NCBI GenBank assembly: GCA_049521795.1
Contig: JBEKOM010000001.1
Location: 640,001-704,000 of the forward strand
Reading direction: 5' to 3'
Source of the DNA: Candidatus Bathyarchaeia archaeon
Lineage (GTDB): Archaea; Thermoproteota; Bathyarchaeia; Bathyarchaeales; Bathycorpusculaceae
Length of the DNA: 64,000 bases
Notes under the pieces: generated by a model
The model's input: the letters and a program-made list of their open reading frames with translations, nothing else
What the model was told of the DNA's origin: nothing
Databases searched by the model: none
Translations under genes and position numbers: made by a program
Shown here: piece by piece, positions 20,111 to 30,141 of the stretch
How positions within the stretch are numbered: the stretch's first letter is position 1
Layout of the letters: each line of letters begins with the position of its first letter

Positions 20111-22132
20111 TTGAAGAGAAGAGCTTCTGAAATCTCTGCGTCATTCTTGATGATCACGTCAATCTTGGTTCTTTTCGTTCATGCAGACGGATTGTATGGG
20201 GCCGGTGGTTTAAAGGCGGGACAGACTGATTATCAGACGAGCTTAGGGGTCGCCGATAACTTGACTCTCGCTCAGACGTTGCAATCGATCACCCAAAGAG
20301 TGGATTGGACGCAAGCGGTCTATGCTGGAATGGTTTTTAACAACAAGGCTAAGGCAGATTTGGAAGCTTTGATAGATGGCTACGCCTCCAGCGCAGACTG
20401 GCTAGATGTTTTGCAATGGTCGGCTATCAGCGAAAAGCTAGGAGTAGAGCGAGAGAGCGCCATCGAAGCGGCGTTGGACGGCTTGCCGATGGTCGGTCCC
20501 TTACCGTGGACAATCAATTACAGCGGGGTTGGTTATTTCTGCGTTGAACGAAAGTTCGCCTTGCTAGGTTATTCCTATGCGGAGAAGTACCGTTATCGGC
20601 TTGACAAGTGGAACATAACCAGCGCCTACGCCTTTTTCGAAAAAGCCGTCCAAGACGCGGGGCACCCAGTGTTATTCGTCGATTCCAATGGTGGTACGTG
20701 GACGATAAGCTACGGACCGCGTTACTACGATGAATCAGCTTCGACGCTTCAATGCTTCCTCATTTTCTACGAGATGGGGATAACAAGCGCCCTCGATGAC
20801 GCTCTGCAATGGTGGAACTGGATCAACAACAACCTTTGGTATCAGGGTACGCATTACAAATATGCTGTAAGTTGGCCTGACTATGAATGTGAAGCAGGCT
20901 TTTTCGCCAAGACAATTGCCAACTTGAAGTATTACGTCAGTGATCTGGGAAACTGGTCGCGAGTCCTGGCTGACGTGCAAAATCGATTCTTGACCGATGG
21001 ATGGAACAGTCCGCAATGGCTGGATGCAAGTGGAACTACGTATGTTGTCGTTCATGATTATCCAGACAACCCGGAAACGCGTTTGGTAAACACCATCGGC
21101 GCATGGACCAGTCTTCTTGGGTTATATGGAGCGCTGGACAGTTCGTCCGAAAACAGCATGCAAAACTTGCTGGAGGGACAAAGTGGACCGGACCCGGCTT
21201 GGAAACTCCTTATGAGTGCAACAGCCGATCTTTACGACAATATAACTGGAAAATTCAAGTGGGCAAGTGACGACCTTTTTGCATCTGACCAGGCCACAGC
21301 GTACGCTTTAACACTAATGTTTTTTATGGGCATTGTTCCCAAGACGGCAACGCTTGCGTTCCCATTAGAAGACTATACCATTGACGATTTATACGATATC
21401 GACCCTGAGTTGTTCAACATAAACCTGGAGAATGCGTCCATTCGTGTTTCAGTCGTGAATGGTGGGCAACTGGAATTCATCTACGGCACGTCTCCTGTTT
21501 TGTGCGATTTTCCCTCAAGCGGAGTCTACGAGCTGACTTTTTCAAACGACTGGAACAGCCTAGTGAACGTCTCAAAAATCGAGAATTTGCCAAACGAAAG
21601 AAGATTTCTTTTTGCTGCACCAGGTCTGGTGAACGTACAGGTAGCCAAAATCACCATTTATAGGCACATGGTTGGACAATGGTTGACTTTTCCCATAGAC
21701 GTAACAACAGTGGAAAATCAGGGTTCAGGCCCTGAGACCTTCAACGTTACGCTGTACGCAAACTCTACTGCCGTCGACGCACAGACAGTCACATTGGCAG
21801 GCGGAGGCTCGAAAACCGTGTTTCTTGTTTGGAACACATCTGGCTCCCCCATGGGAGGCTACAACATAAGTGCCTGCGCTTCGTCTGTACCAAACGAGAC
21901 GAAAACTGTCGACAGCTCCTTAAGTGGTGGCATGATCTACGTTAGCATGCCAGGGGACCTCAACGGTGACGGAGTGGTTAACATCTTGGATGCTATAATA
22001 CTTAGTAATGCCTTTCTCGCCACGCCTGGCAGTTTAAACTGGAATCCTAACGCAGACCTGAACGGAGACGACGTCGTCAACATACTCGACTGCATAATCT
22101 TCGCAGAGTATTTCATGACAGTGAGCCCTTAG
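20111..22132 (+). CDS. Secreted protein: uncharacterised N-terminal domain + CARDB/Ig-like + type I dockerin
   Basis: Signal peptide; VENQG..ETFNVTLYAN..WNT (CARDB); two GDLNGDG.VNILD Ca-binding repeats. Confidence 0.85.
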   Translation: MKRRASEISASFLMITSILVLFVHADGLYGAGGLKAGQTDYQTSLGVADNLTLAQTLQSITQRVDWTQAVYAGMVFNNKAKADLEALIDGYASSADWLDVLQWSAISEKLGVERESAIEAALDGLPMVGPLPWTINYSGVGYFCVERKFALLGYSYAEKYRYRLDKWNITSAYAFFEKAVQDAGHPVLFVDSNGGTWTISYGPRYYDESASTLQCFLIFYEMGITSALDDALQWWNWINNNLWYQGTHYKYAVSWPDYECEAGFFAKTIANLKYYVSDLGNWSRVLADVQNRFLTDGWNSPQWLDASGTTYVVVHDYPDNPETRLVNTIGAWTSLLGLYGALDSSSENSMQNLLEGQSGPDPAWKLLMSATADLYDNITGKFKWASDDLFASDQATAYALTLMFFMGIVPKTATLAFPLEDYTIDDLYDIDPELFNINLENASIRVSVVNGGQLEFIYGTSPVLCDFPSSGVYELTFSNDWNSLVNVSKIENLPNERRFLFAAPGLVNVQVAKITIYRHMVGQWLTFPIDVTTVENQGSGPETFNVTLYANSTAVDAQTVTLAGGGSKTVFLVWNTSGSPMGGYNISACASSVPNETKTVDSSLSGGMIYVSMPGDLNGDGVVNILDAIILSNAFLATPGSLNWNPNADLNGDDVVNILDCIIFAEYFMTVSP

Positions 22133-22170
22133 ATGCGCCTTAAGGGCCTTTTGCCAAAACCAGTTGATGT

Positions 22171-22524
22171 CTAGCTGTATTCTCTGAATGTGTAGTTGCA
22201 TTTTGTGCAGCGCAAGAATTGGGTTGAAGATTCGTCTGCGCCTCTTGTCTGAACTTGCCAGACGTATGCTAGGTTGTTTCCGCACTTGGGGCATTCGATC
22301 CTGACGGTTGGCAACGTTCTCAGTTTCTGTTCTTCTTTTCCTATTACTGCTACAAGCTGCTGTGGCCTGTGCTGGATCACCTTCGCAACTTTTGGTTCCA
22401 CTTTCTTGCTGGAAGCGTGTTTTCTATAGCCGCATTTGGGGCAAGTCAACGTTAGTGATCCTTCTTTTCCCGTCTTGGCTTTTCTCGGTGCGAGTCGGGA
22501 ACCGCATTTTGGACAAAATTCCAT
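22171..22524 (-). CDS. tfs: Transcription factor S (TFS)
   Basis: MEFCPKCG N-ribbon; QTRGADESSTQFLRCTKC with acidic DE dyad; start set at ATG 22524. Confidence 0.93.
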   Translation of the reverse strand: MEFCPKCGSRLAPRKAKTGKEGSLTLTCPKCGYRKHASSKKVEPKVAKVIQHRPQQLVAVIGKEEQKLRTLPTVRIECPKCGNNLAYVWQVQTRGADESSTQFLRCTKCNYTFREYS

Positions 22525-22604
22525 CGAATGTTCCACCGCTGTCCGTTTCATTAGCCTTAGCAGAGTCTCTTTTAAATCTTTTCTCGTTGGAATCAATACC
22601 AAGA

Positions 22605-23192
22605 CTATAGTCTGTTTATGCCAGAGGCGATGAGATGGGCCACCCGAAGGGCTTCTGGAACGCTGCTTCGAGTGGAGGTCAGCTGCACTATCTTCCTCGC
22701 ATCGTCTTCGAGAATTCCGCAGATTTCCACGAATGCCTTTTCGCCTTTTCTTCTAGTGCTCACTTCAAAAATCTCTCCTGCGTTCATAATGGCTTTCCAC
22801 CGTTTCTCGGGTGATCGCAGATTGTCCAACGCCTTGCGTATATCATCAAAGTCAGGTTTGTCCCTCGTAACGGCGATTACTGGAAGCTTTGTCTCAGCAT
22901 TGAGCTTCTTCATGTCAACCACGTTGAAACCTCCAAACGTTATTCCATCGAGCATTATGACTCTTAGCTGCTCGTGATGCGGAGAGTTGACTATCATCGT
23001 GGCTATCTTGTCTGTAGCGTCGAAGCCATCGACTTCGACTTTCGTGCTCAATACTCCGTCGAGCCAGTATCCTCCGCGAAAAACGACGCCGATGACGGGG
23101 GCGAGCCCTCGTGAGTGGGGAATGAAGACTCCGTCATCAACCCCTAGAACACGAATCTCCTGTTTGATTACACGGAATTTCTTCGGGGGCAA
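22605..23192 (-). CDS. DUF99 family (endonuclease V-like) protein
   Basis: VLGVDDG, DGFDATD, MLDGITFGGFNVVD, PEALRVAHLIA. Confidence 0.88.
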   Translation of the reverse strand: MPPKKFRVIKQEIRVLGVDDGVFIPHSRGLAPVIGVVFRGGYWLDGVLSTKVEVDGFDATDKIATMIVNSPHHEQLRVIMLDGITFGGFNVVDMKKLNAETKLPVIAVTRDKPDFDDIRKALDNLRSPEKRWKAIMNAGEIFEVSTRRKGEKAFVEICGILEDDARKIVQLTSTRSSVPEALRVAHLIASGINRL

Positions 23193-23355
23193 AACGATTC
23201 CTCAAGAGAAGCTCGTGGAAATATGAAAGAAGGAGGCGTTATAAGCTTAGTGAAGGATACTCCTGCCGGGAGGCTGAAACCTGACCAGACATTGTCCAGC
23301 CTATTGTTTTGCATGGACTCGCAGAAACCTTAACGAAGTCCTGATTGACCACGCG

Positions 23356-23676
23356 TTGGCGTCCCTTGGTGATTCATACGTGAATTTTGTTTACTCGCTT
23401 GCAATATCCAACAGAAAGGGCAGCCCCTTTGGCACAAAGGTGAAAGGAAGCGTTCTCGCCGAGGCTCTGAGGAAAGCTGGGCTTAGAGAGTGTTTGCCGT
23501 CAAGAATGTCAAGACACAGCTTGGCTGATGCAGCAGAAGCATTGATAGTTTATGCTTGGCTCAGCCGCTGGGTCAGCTTGGACGAAAGCGTGGCGATGAT
23601 TGGGAAGAAGGGGGATCCTATTGACGGCCTGGGCGAGCTGCTCGCAAAGATAAAAGGGAGAATCACTTTTCCTTGA
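23356..23676 (+). CDS. Archaeal ribonuclease III-like (mini-III) protein
   Basis: LASLGDSYVNF and LADAAEALI RNase III-like signatures; true start uncertain. Confidence 0.7.
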   Translation: MASLGDSYVNFVYSLAISNRKGSPFGTKVKGSVLAEALRKAGLRECLPSRMSRHSLADAAEALIVYAWLSRWVSLDESVAMIGKKGDPIDGLGELLAKIKGRITFP

Positions 23677-23947
23677 GACTCTTGGCAAGCTCTTTGCCGA
23701 ATTCTTTGTTTATGGTCCGCGTCTTTTCTATGGCGTTCCACAAGACCTGCTCAGGCTTCACTTTGCCCTTCGTGCGCACATAGATTACTGAGTTTGAAGC
23801 CAAAGGATGCGGAATGTCATAACCAGCCATGTCTACATTGTCCTCTTCCAAGAGCTCTTTTTGCAGCAGGTTGCAAAGCGTATGGCCGACGCCTTCCACT
23901 TCGATCTTTAGCTCGTTTGATGTCTTTTTGAGCACGTTAACTTTCAT
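23663..23947 (-). CDS. rpoL: RNA polymerase subunit L (Rpo11)
   Basis: GHTLCNLL, AGYDIPHPL; start at ATG 23947. Confidence 0.93.
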   Translation of the reverse strand: MKVNVLKKTSNELKIEVEGVGHTLCNLLQKELLEEDNVDMAGYDIPHPLASNSVIYVRTKGKVKPEQVLWNAIEKTRTINKEFGKELAKSLKEK

Positions 23948-24551
23948 TTTCCTCTTCACCCTTCCCGCGCTCGAGTAATCCTCTTCCATAGTCTGCCGCA
24001 GTCTTGCGTCTCTCAAGCCGCCCACACTTTGGGCAGTGCATGCCTTGTCTTCTCTGTTCGAGTAGCGTTCCACAGTTCGAGCAGAAAGCATAGATCACGC
24101 CCAAGTTTCTGTCCTTCGTCGACAGATGGTAGGTTCTGTTCTTTTCGCTGATCACCTTTGCCCTTACGATGTCCCCAGGCTTGCACACGTCAAACATCGA
24201 ATCGACGTACCTTATGTGAGCATCTGAGATGTGCAGTATGCCCATGAAACCGCTGGTAACTTCCTCGGCGCCTATTTCAAAAATGCGCATTCCTGCGGTT
24301 TCAGACTGTGCACTTGAAACTTGTCCCACAACTGTGCTTCCCGTGATGGGTACCTTTGCCCCGTGGGTCAATTGATGGACTGTGACGCGTTTGTGTGCCA
24401 GATCGATCAAGACGCGGCCGACGACCTTGGAATAGATCACTCCGTCTTTCACGAACGTTCCGGCATCTGGAGTGAACTCTTCGATCACGCCTAGGCGTTC
24501 GCCTGGCAAGGCCAGTTGACCAGTCTTAGGTTCGGTGGACTTTGTACTCAT
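23937..24551 (-). CDS. csl4: Exosome RNA-binding protein Csl4
   Basis: LPGERLGVIEEF, S1 domain, C-terminal CSNC..CPKC..ERRK zinc ribbon. Confidence 0.93.
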   Translation of the reverse strand: MSTKSTEPKTGQLALPGERLGVIEEFTPDAGTFVKDGVIYSKVVGRVLIDLAHKRVTVHQLTHGAKVPITGSTVVGQVSSAQSETAGMRIFEIGAEEVTSGFMGILHISDAHIRYVDSMFDVCKPGDIVRAKVISEKNRTYHLSTKDRNLGVIYAFCSNCGTLLEQRRQGMHCPKCGRLERRKTAADYGRGLLERGKGEEENES

Positions 24552-24668
24552 TGGAAATCCCCGTCATCGTTACGTTGGCTTGCCCGTCAGATGCTTGCGC
24601 ATTGCTGGGCGCGCCGTCAACTAAACAGTTATAACTGTTCTTTCTACGCTTATCAATAAACCTTTTGA

Positions 24669-25388
24669 TTAGCGCGCATCATGAGCAGGTTGCCTTCTGT
24701 GCACGACGTATAGGTCGACTAGAAACTCATGCTTCTTTTCTGTGTGGAAGCTGAACATGTGTGGGAGAGTCATTAACAGGGCATAAACAGCTTTTATTCT
24801 TCCTCCTCTTTCTTCGATGAACTTTTTCATGAAAGAAGACGGGGGAACCGCGACGGCGCCATCGCTGCTCTTCCTCAGTCTCTTGGCAAACGTCGAATCT
24901 CCGTGAGGCCTCTTGTGAAGCGAATAGGTAACTGTTCCCAATTCTAAGGCTTTGGCTAGAAACTTTCTGTCAGCGCCCCTTTTTTGAACTCCGAAGGGTG
25001 GGTTCTCTAGAACCGTGTCAAAACATCCACGAACTGAATCAACATCTGCAACAACCCACTGCGTCCTCTCTTTCACACCTGTTGCCACAGAGCTTTCAAA
25101 GGCCGTTTTCACTCCGGTTTTGTCCACGTCCACGCCCACAACCTCTTTCGCGCCCAATAGAGCAGCTCCTATTGCCAGCCTGCCCGTGCCGCAGCCTAGG
25201 TCTAAGACGGTTTTGTCAATGATATCTCCGTTTGAGTAGGCAGCAATGTGAAGCATCGTTGCCGCAGTGTCAGCTGAAATGGTGTACTGCTCAAGGTTAG
25301 GCGTGGGCGCAGGGTGAGGCTTGATTTTTGAGAGCATCATCTCTAATTCTAGTTTTCGAGCAAACCTCTTTTGCATAATTCTTCCCAT
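24669..25388 (-). CDS. METTL5-family RNA m6A methyltransferase
   Basis: LEQYT, DLGCGTG, NPPFG motifs; lies between dph2 and csl4. Confidence 0.9.
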   Translation of the reverse strand: MGRIMQKRFARKLELEMMLSKIKPHPAPTPNLEQYTISADTAATMLHIAAYSNGDIIDKTVLDLGCGTGRLAIGAALLGAKEVVGVDVDKTGVKTAFESSVATGVKERTQWVVADVDSVRGCFDTVLENPPFGVQKRGADRKFLAKALELGTVTYSLHKRPHGDSTFAKRLRKSSDGAVAVPPSSFMKKFIEERGGRIKAVYALLMTLPHMFSFHTEKKHEFLVDLYVVHRRQPAHDAR

Positions 25389-26350
25389 GACAGCTCACCA
25401 ATGGCGACTAGGGTTTCATTTCTGGTCAAGATTGGCTTTCGAAAATTGGCGGAGTCATCAAGAGAAATTCTTGGGCAGGCCGTGTTGACGAACGCGTCGA
25501 TCGTTGGAAATTCCATGAGTGCTTCAGGAGTGATCTCTCTAGCTGCTAGGAGATACGCCATCTTCCCATTTTCTTCAAGCTTCTTTTTGACATTCAATGC
25601 TTCTTCGAGTCTTTTCTGTCCAGGCTTTATCCCAAGCAGAACACCGAAGGTCTTCGCTTCCATCGCTTCTTCTATCCCGGCCCATCGCTGCTTGAAGATT
25701 TTCTCCGCTTCTTTATCCACAGAAAACGAAGTGCCATCAAAGGGGTCAGCAACGACTGTTGGCTTTGAGGTTGAAAGAGCCATACCCAAAGCGTGGAACC
25801 GCCCTCCGCCGACGAAGAGAAAAGCTTCAACATCCTTCGCAATAGAGATCGCGTTGCTGTAGTCGCACCCTATGACCTGGCCAGGATAGCTTAAGCGTGT
25901 GGTGTCTCCTATCATGACGGTTTTGCCTGCGCGGACGAGGGTTTCTCTGACTTCGTCGAGGGTTTGAACGTGTTGAACGGTTGTAGCCAGCCCTATCTTG
26001 TGCCATTTTTCCAGCAGAGGCAGGGCCTTTTCGACAGCTGAGTTCACGTTAATGGTCGCACGGGCTTCAACGTAGAGTGTTGGAACGCGTTCGTACGTAA
26101 CTCTCTTAGAGTGTCCATAATGGATTATCAAGTCTACGCCCAAGCTTTCGGCTTCAGCTATCGCCAAATCACACGCGCCATAGCACGGGTCTGCAGAGAC
26201 GATGGGTAGCACACCGAGTTTTTCTATGGTCTTAGCGATGTGTGGGGCTTCGGGCTTCAAGCCCTCTGGAAGCTGGATCAGGACCCGTTTTGCGCCAAGT
26301 TTAAGAATTTCCTGTTTGACCCTCTCTTCTTCTAGGTCAAAATGTCTCAT
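25349..26350 (-). CDS. dph2: Diphthamide biosynthesis enzyme Dph2
   Basis: QLPEGLK, CYGACD, QVIGC, TACPR. Confidence 0.94.
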   Translation of the reverse strand: MRHFDLEEERVKQEILKLGAKRVLIQLPEGLKPEAPHIAKTIEKLGVLPIVSADPCYGACDLAIAEAESLGVDLIIHYGHSKRVTYERVPTLYVEARATINVNSAVEKALPLLEKWHKIGLATTVQHVQTLDEVRETLVRAGKTVMIGDTTRLSYPGQVIGCDYSNAISIAKDVEAFLFVGGGRFHALGMALSTSKPTVVADPFDGTSFSVDKEAEKIFKQRWAGIEEAMEAKTFGVLLGIKPGQKRLEEALNVKKKLEENGKMAYLLAAREITPEALMEFPTIDAFVNTACPRISLDDSANFRKPILTRNETLVAIGELSWEELCKRGLLEN

Positions 26351-26395
26351 ATGGAGGCATCCTAAATCGTGGGGAGGAATGCGCCGAGGCTATTC

Positions 26396-28837
26396 CTACG
26401 GTGTCCATTCCCAAGGTTGAACTGGTTTTCGCCTTTCGTGCCCAAGGGCTTTTTCGCTGAGGTCAGCAAGTCGTTCTAGAATTATCTTTTGCTCTATGCT
26501 TGCGACAAGTTTCCTAGTGGCTACGACTGCATCGTTGTTTACTGAGATGCTGTCGATTCCGTTTCTCACGAGGAATTCTGCGAAGTCGGGCAGGTTTGAT
26601 GGGCCTTCCCCGCATATGGATACGGTGGCCCCGTTCTCATGGGCAACTCTGATTAGGTGCGCGATTATTCTTTCCACGGCTGGGTCTCTCTCGTCGAAGT
26701 ATCCCATCTGTCCCAAGCGTTCTGAGTCTCTGTCGATCATCAGTATGCCTTGGGTCATGTCGTTTGAGCCTATCGAGAACCCGTCGGCAAGTTTTGAGAA
26801 TTCATCAGCCATTATGGCGATTGATGGTGTTTCAGCCATGAACCAGACTTTGAAGTCTTTCGATCTTTCCAGACCTTCTTGTCGCATGATTTCAAGAACT
26901 GCCTTGGCTTCCCACAGAGTGCGCACGACTGGAAGCATGACCCACACGTTCTTCAATCCCCACTCTTTTCTGCATTTGATTATAGCCTGGCATTCGAGTC
27001 TGAACGCCTTTTCATACCATTGGCTTACGTAGCGGCTGCAGCCTCTCCAGCCCAGCATAGGATTTGCTTCAATGATCTCGTATTTCTCGCCGCCTTTCAG
27101 TTCTCTGTACTCGTTGGTCTTGAAGTCGCTGAAGCGTACCACCACTGGACGTGGCTGTATTGCCCTTGCGACTGCCGCTACCCCTTCTGCGAGTTTGTCG
27201 ACAAATTGTTGGCTTTTTCCAGTTTCCACAAATTGCATTGGGTGTTCTCCAATGTAGCTAGCAAGGATGAACTCTATGCGCATCAGTCCGATGCCCTCGA
27301 AGGGAAGGTCTTTGTACTCCTCAACTTTCTCCGGCACGCCCAAGTTCATGTAGATCTTGGTCGCCGTTGTTGGCACGGCTTGGAATGTGCCTGCGCCGAC
27401 AGCAGCTTGACCCGCAGCAGCGGTGCTCGCAGATGAAAGCTGTGCAGTTAATGTTTGAAGCGCCCCTTCGTAGACCACACCGCCTCTTGAGTCCACCGTG
27501 TACTCTTTTCCTGTGACCATTACCTGGGTGGCCTTCTCGGTTCCCACAACGCATGGGATGCCCAGCTCACGGCTCACTATAGCCGCGTGACAGGTTACTC
27601 CACCCTTGTCGGTGACTATCGCGCCTGCCAGTTTCATGAACGGCACATAGTCAGGGTTAGTCATGTCCGTGACGAGTATGTCGCCTTTCTTCATGACTTT
27701 GGCAGCTTCCTGCGGGTTCGCCACGATTTTGGCGATGCCTATGCCGTAGCCTCGTTTGCCAGCGGCGATTCCTTTGACAACGACCTTCAATTCCGGCTTC
27801 ACTTCTGCTGCCTCGCTTCTTGCTGGGGCCTCCGACAACTTCGCGCTCCAGACTGTTTCAGGCCTTGATTGAGTCATGAACACGTTTTCCGGAAACTCGA
27901 TGTCTCCATCTATGGCAAACTCGATGTCTTGCGGTTTCCCATAATGCTTCTCGATCCGTTTGGCCAATTCTGTAAGCTTGGCTATTTCCTGATCGTTAAT
28001 ACAGGGTAGCTGTTGTTTTTCCAAAGGCACCTCTTCATGTATCGTGTGCCCCGTCTTTAGATCCCTAACATACTGGACAGTTTTCTTGACTATCCGTCTC
28101 TCAATTATCTTCATCGACTCCTTGTCAACGACGAAGTCGTCCGGCGTAACGGACCCTGAAACAACTGCTTCGCCTAGACCGTAGTTGCCCTCGATAACTA
28201 TCTGACTTGTGTCGCCCGTTACAGGGTTCAGCGTGAAGATGACGCCTGCAGCCTCGGAATTCACCATCTTCTGTACTCCGACGCTTATGAAGACTTTCTC
28301 ATGCGCAAAACCTTTCTCGTTGCGGTAAAAGATTGCGCGTGGAGTAAACAGGCTGGACCAGCATTTCACAGTGTTTAAGAGAACGCTTTTAGCTCCCCTC
28401 GTGTTCAAAAACGTTTCTTGCTGTCCAGCGAAAGACGCGTCAGCCAAGTCTTCAGCTGTGGCGCTTGACCTGACGGCAACGAAGGGCTCTTTAACGTTGA
28501 TCTTCTTGCTCAGTTCTTCATAGGCAACTCTGATCGCGTTTTCAATCTCTTTAGGCATTGACGTTGCTTCGATTAGCTCACGGATTTTCTTTGAGGCCAA
28601 CTCGTATTGCCCAGGGTCGTTCACGTCGGTTACTGTTTCGTCTATGATCTCATAGATCTTTGCAGCAATCTTTGTTTCTTCAATGAATTTCTTGTAGGCG
28701 TAGGCCGTTATGGCGAATCCGGGTGGGACAGGCATGCCTGCGCTTATCATTTCGCCTAGGTTTGCGTTTTTTCCTCCCACGGACGGGATGTCTGTCTTTC
28801 TCAGGTTTTCAAACCATATCACTAAGTCTTTTCTCAT
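26396..28837 (-). CDS. ppsA: Phosphoenolpyruvate synthase
   Basis: VGGKNANLGE, RSSATAED, TCHAAIVSRE phospho-His, EANPMLGWRG; start at ATG 28837. Confidence 0.95.
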   Translation of the reverse strand: MRKDLVIWFENLRKTDIPSVGGKNANLGEMISAGMPVPPGFAITAYAYKKFIEETKIAAKIYEIIDETVTDVNDPGQYELASKKIRELIEATSMPKEIENAIRVAYEELSKKINVKEPFVAVRSSATAEDLADASFAGQQETFLNTRGAKSVLLNTVKCWSSLFTPRAIFYRNEKGFAHEKVFISVGVQKMVNSEAAGVIFTLNPVTGDTSQIVIEGNYGLGEAVVSGSVTPDDFVVDKESMKIIERRIVKKTVQYVRDLKTGHTIHEEVPLEKQQLPCINDQEIAKLTELAKRIEKHYGKPQDIEFAIDGDIEFPENVFMTQSRPETVWSAKLSEAPARSEAAEVKPELKVVVKGIAAGKRGYGIGIAKIVANPQEAAKVMKKGDILVTDMTNPDYVPFMKLAGAIVTDKGGVTCHAAIVSRELGIPCVVGTEKATQVMVTGKEYTVDSRGGVVYEGALQTLTAQLSSASTAAAGQAAVGAGTFQAVPTTATKIYMNLGVPEKVEEYKDLPFEGIGLMRIEFILASYIGEHPMQFVETGKSQQFVDKLAEGVAAVARAIQPRPVVVRFSDFKTNEYRELKGGEKYEIIEANPMLGWRGCSRYVSQWYEKAFRLECQAIIKCRKEWGLKNVWVMLPVVRTLWEAKAVLEIMRQEGLERSKDFKVWFMAETPSIAIMADEFSKLADGFSIGSNDMTQGILMIDRDSERLGQMGYFDERDPAVERIIAHLIRVAHENGATVSICGEGPSNLPDFAEFLVRNGIDSISVNNDAVVATRKLVASIEQKIILERLADLSEKALGHERRKPVQPWEWTP

Positions 28838-28838
28838 T

Positions 28839-29357
28839 TCAGTCAACTGTTTTCGCCTCTTCAGTTTCAAGTTTTTCAATCACGATTCGGCAGGGCATTG
28901 GAAGTTTTGCGCTTCCACGCTTTAGAGATTCTTTGGCGAGTTCAACAGCGTCCGCGTTCACGAAGACGCTGATGATCGTCTGGTTGGGTCTGACGCGTGC
29001 GGCTGTGCCTATTGGTTTTCCGAAAGACCTGCGCATACCATCTTGAAGACGGTCTGCGTGTGCGCCGAAAATCATCTTGTTCTCCCGAAGTATGGTGTGC
29101 GGGTAAGGATTAACCCGTAACATATAATTGTTAACCAGCTTCTCCATCAACAAACGGTTTGTTGCTATGCGAGCAGCTTCTAGAGCGTTGTGACGAATCT
29201 GGGCTGCTTGGAGGGATATGAGTTTTCCCTCGTATCCAAAGCTGGATTTTGTGTCGCCCATGGTGAACTTGGTTATTTTGGGCTGGGGAAAACCCTTTAT
29301 GAACTCTCTTCTCGTGTAAGCTTGTCCTTTAACTGGTCTGTAGTTCTTTGCTTTCAT
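28839..29357 (-). CDS. rpl10e: 50S ribosomal protein L16/L10e
   Basis: LEAARI, LRENKM..GAHADRLQDGMR.SFGKPIG. Confidence 0.95.
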   Translation of the reverse strand: MKAKNYRPVKGQAYTRREFIKGFPQPKITKFTMGDTKSSFGYEGKLISLQAAQIRHNALEAARIATNRLLMEKLVNNYMLRVNPYPHTILRENKMIFGAHADRLQDGMRRSFGKPIGTAARVRPNQTIISVFVNADAVELAKESLKRGSAKLPMPCRIVIEKLETEEAKTVD

Positions 29358-29529
29358 GGTGATTCCCTTTAGCTTACCTTAAGCCGCTATATTTAAACAT
29401 TTAACAGTCTATTCAGAACATTATTCTATAAATGATCAACGTGTTGTCTGGTTCACTGACGCAGATTTTGAGTCTACTTTGCCCCTGTAATCTGTTTCTC
29501 TTTCGCTCTAGAGCACGATGGTGCAAAAC

Positions 29530-30051
29530 TCACGGCAAGAGCCTTTTGTTCTTGAGCCATGTTTTGGCGAGTTCCTCATAGTCCGGAAAGACTTTCTTCA
29601 GAGTTGGAATATACATCTGCATTTCTTCCTCTCTCATGTACTGAAACTGGTATTCTCCCATGTACGGTGAGGGCTGGCCTTCTCTGGTTACGAATTCCAC
29701 GTGCATGAAAGGGTCTCCTCTCTTGATTGTTATGGGGTGACGGTCGTTGCTGAGGTTCACTAGTTCAAGGGCTAGTCTGCCGATGAATCCGCTGTGCACC
29801 TTCGCGGCGTTCAGGAAGGACAGGCCCATTCTACCATACTTACTCTTTGCAGTCAAATGAGCAACATAGTTTGGCGGGACGAAGATTATTTCGTGAGAGA
29901 TCAGGTTTTTGTGCTCCATATAGTGGAGGGTTGTTTCTTCCCTGACCGTTAGAATGTAACCGTCCCCGTCGAGTAGATTGTAATCGTAAGGGTAGACGAC
30001 TTTGTAACTGTCGATGAGTTCCTTCAACTTGTCTTTGCCCAAGACACACAT
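29530..30051 (-). CDS. dCTP deaminase/dUTPase family protein
   Basis: KSKYGRMG, VHSGFIG.L.LELVN, PYMGEYQFQ. Confidence 0.8.
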   Translation of the reverse strand: MCVLGKDKLKELIDSYKVVYPYDYNLLDGDGYILTVREETTLHYMEHKNLISHEIIFVPPNYVAHLTAKSKYGRMGLSFLNAAKVHSGFIGRLALELVNLSNDRHPITIKRGDPFMHVEFVTREGQPSPYMGEYQFQYMREEEMQMYIPTLKKVFPDYEELAKTWLKNKRLLP

Positions 30052-30141
30052 TTGCTGAGACCTCTGAGTGCTTTCCTAGCAATACTGAAGCTTGTTGTTA
30101 TATAGTTTTTTGATAGAACAGTAGAATGGGAAGAGTAACAT

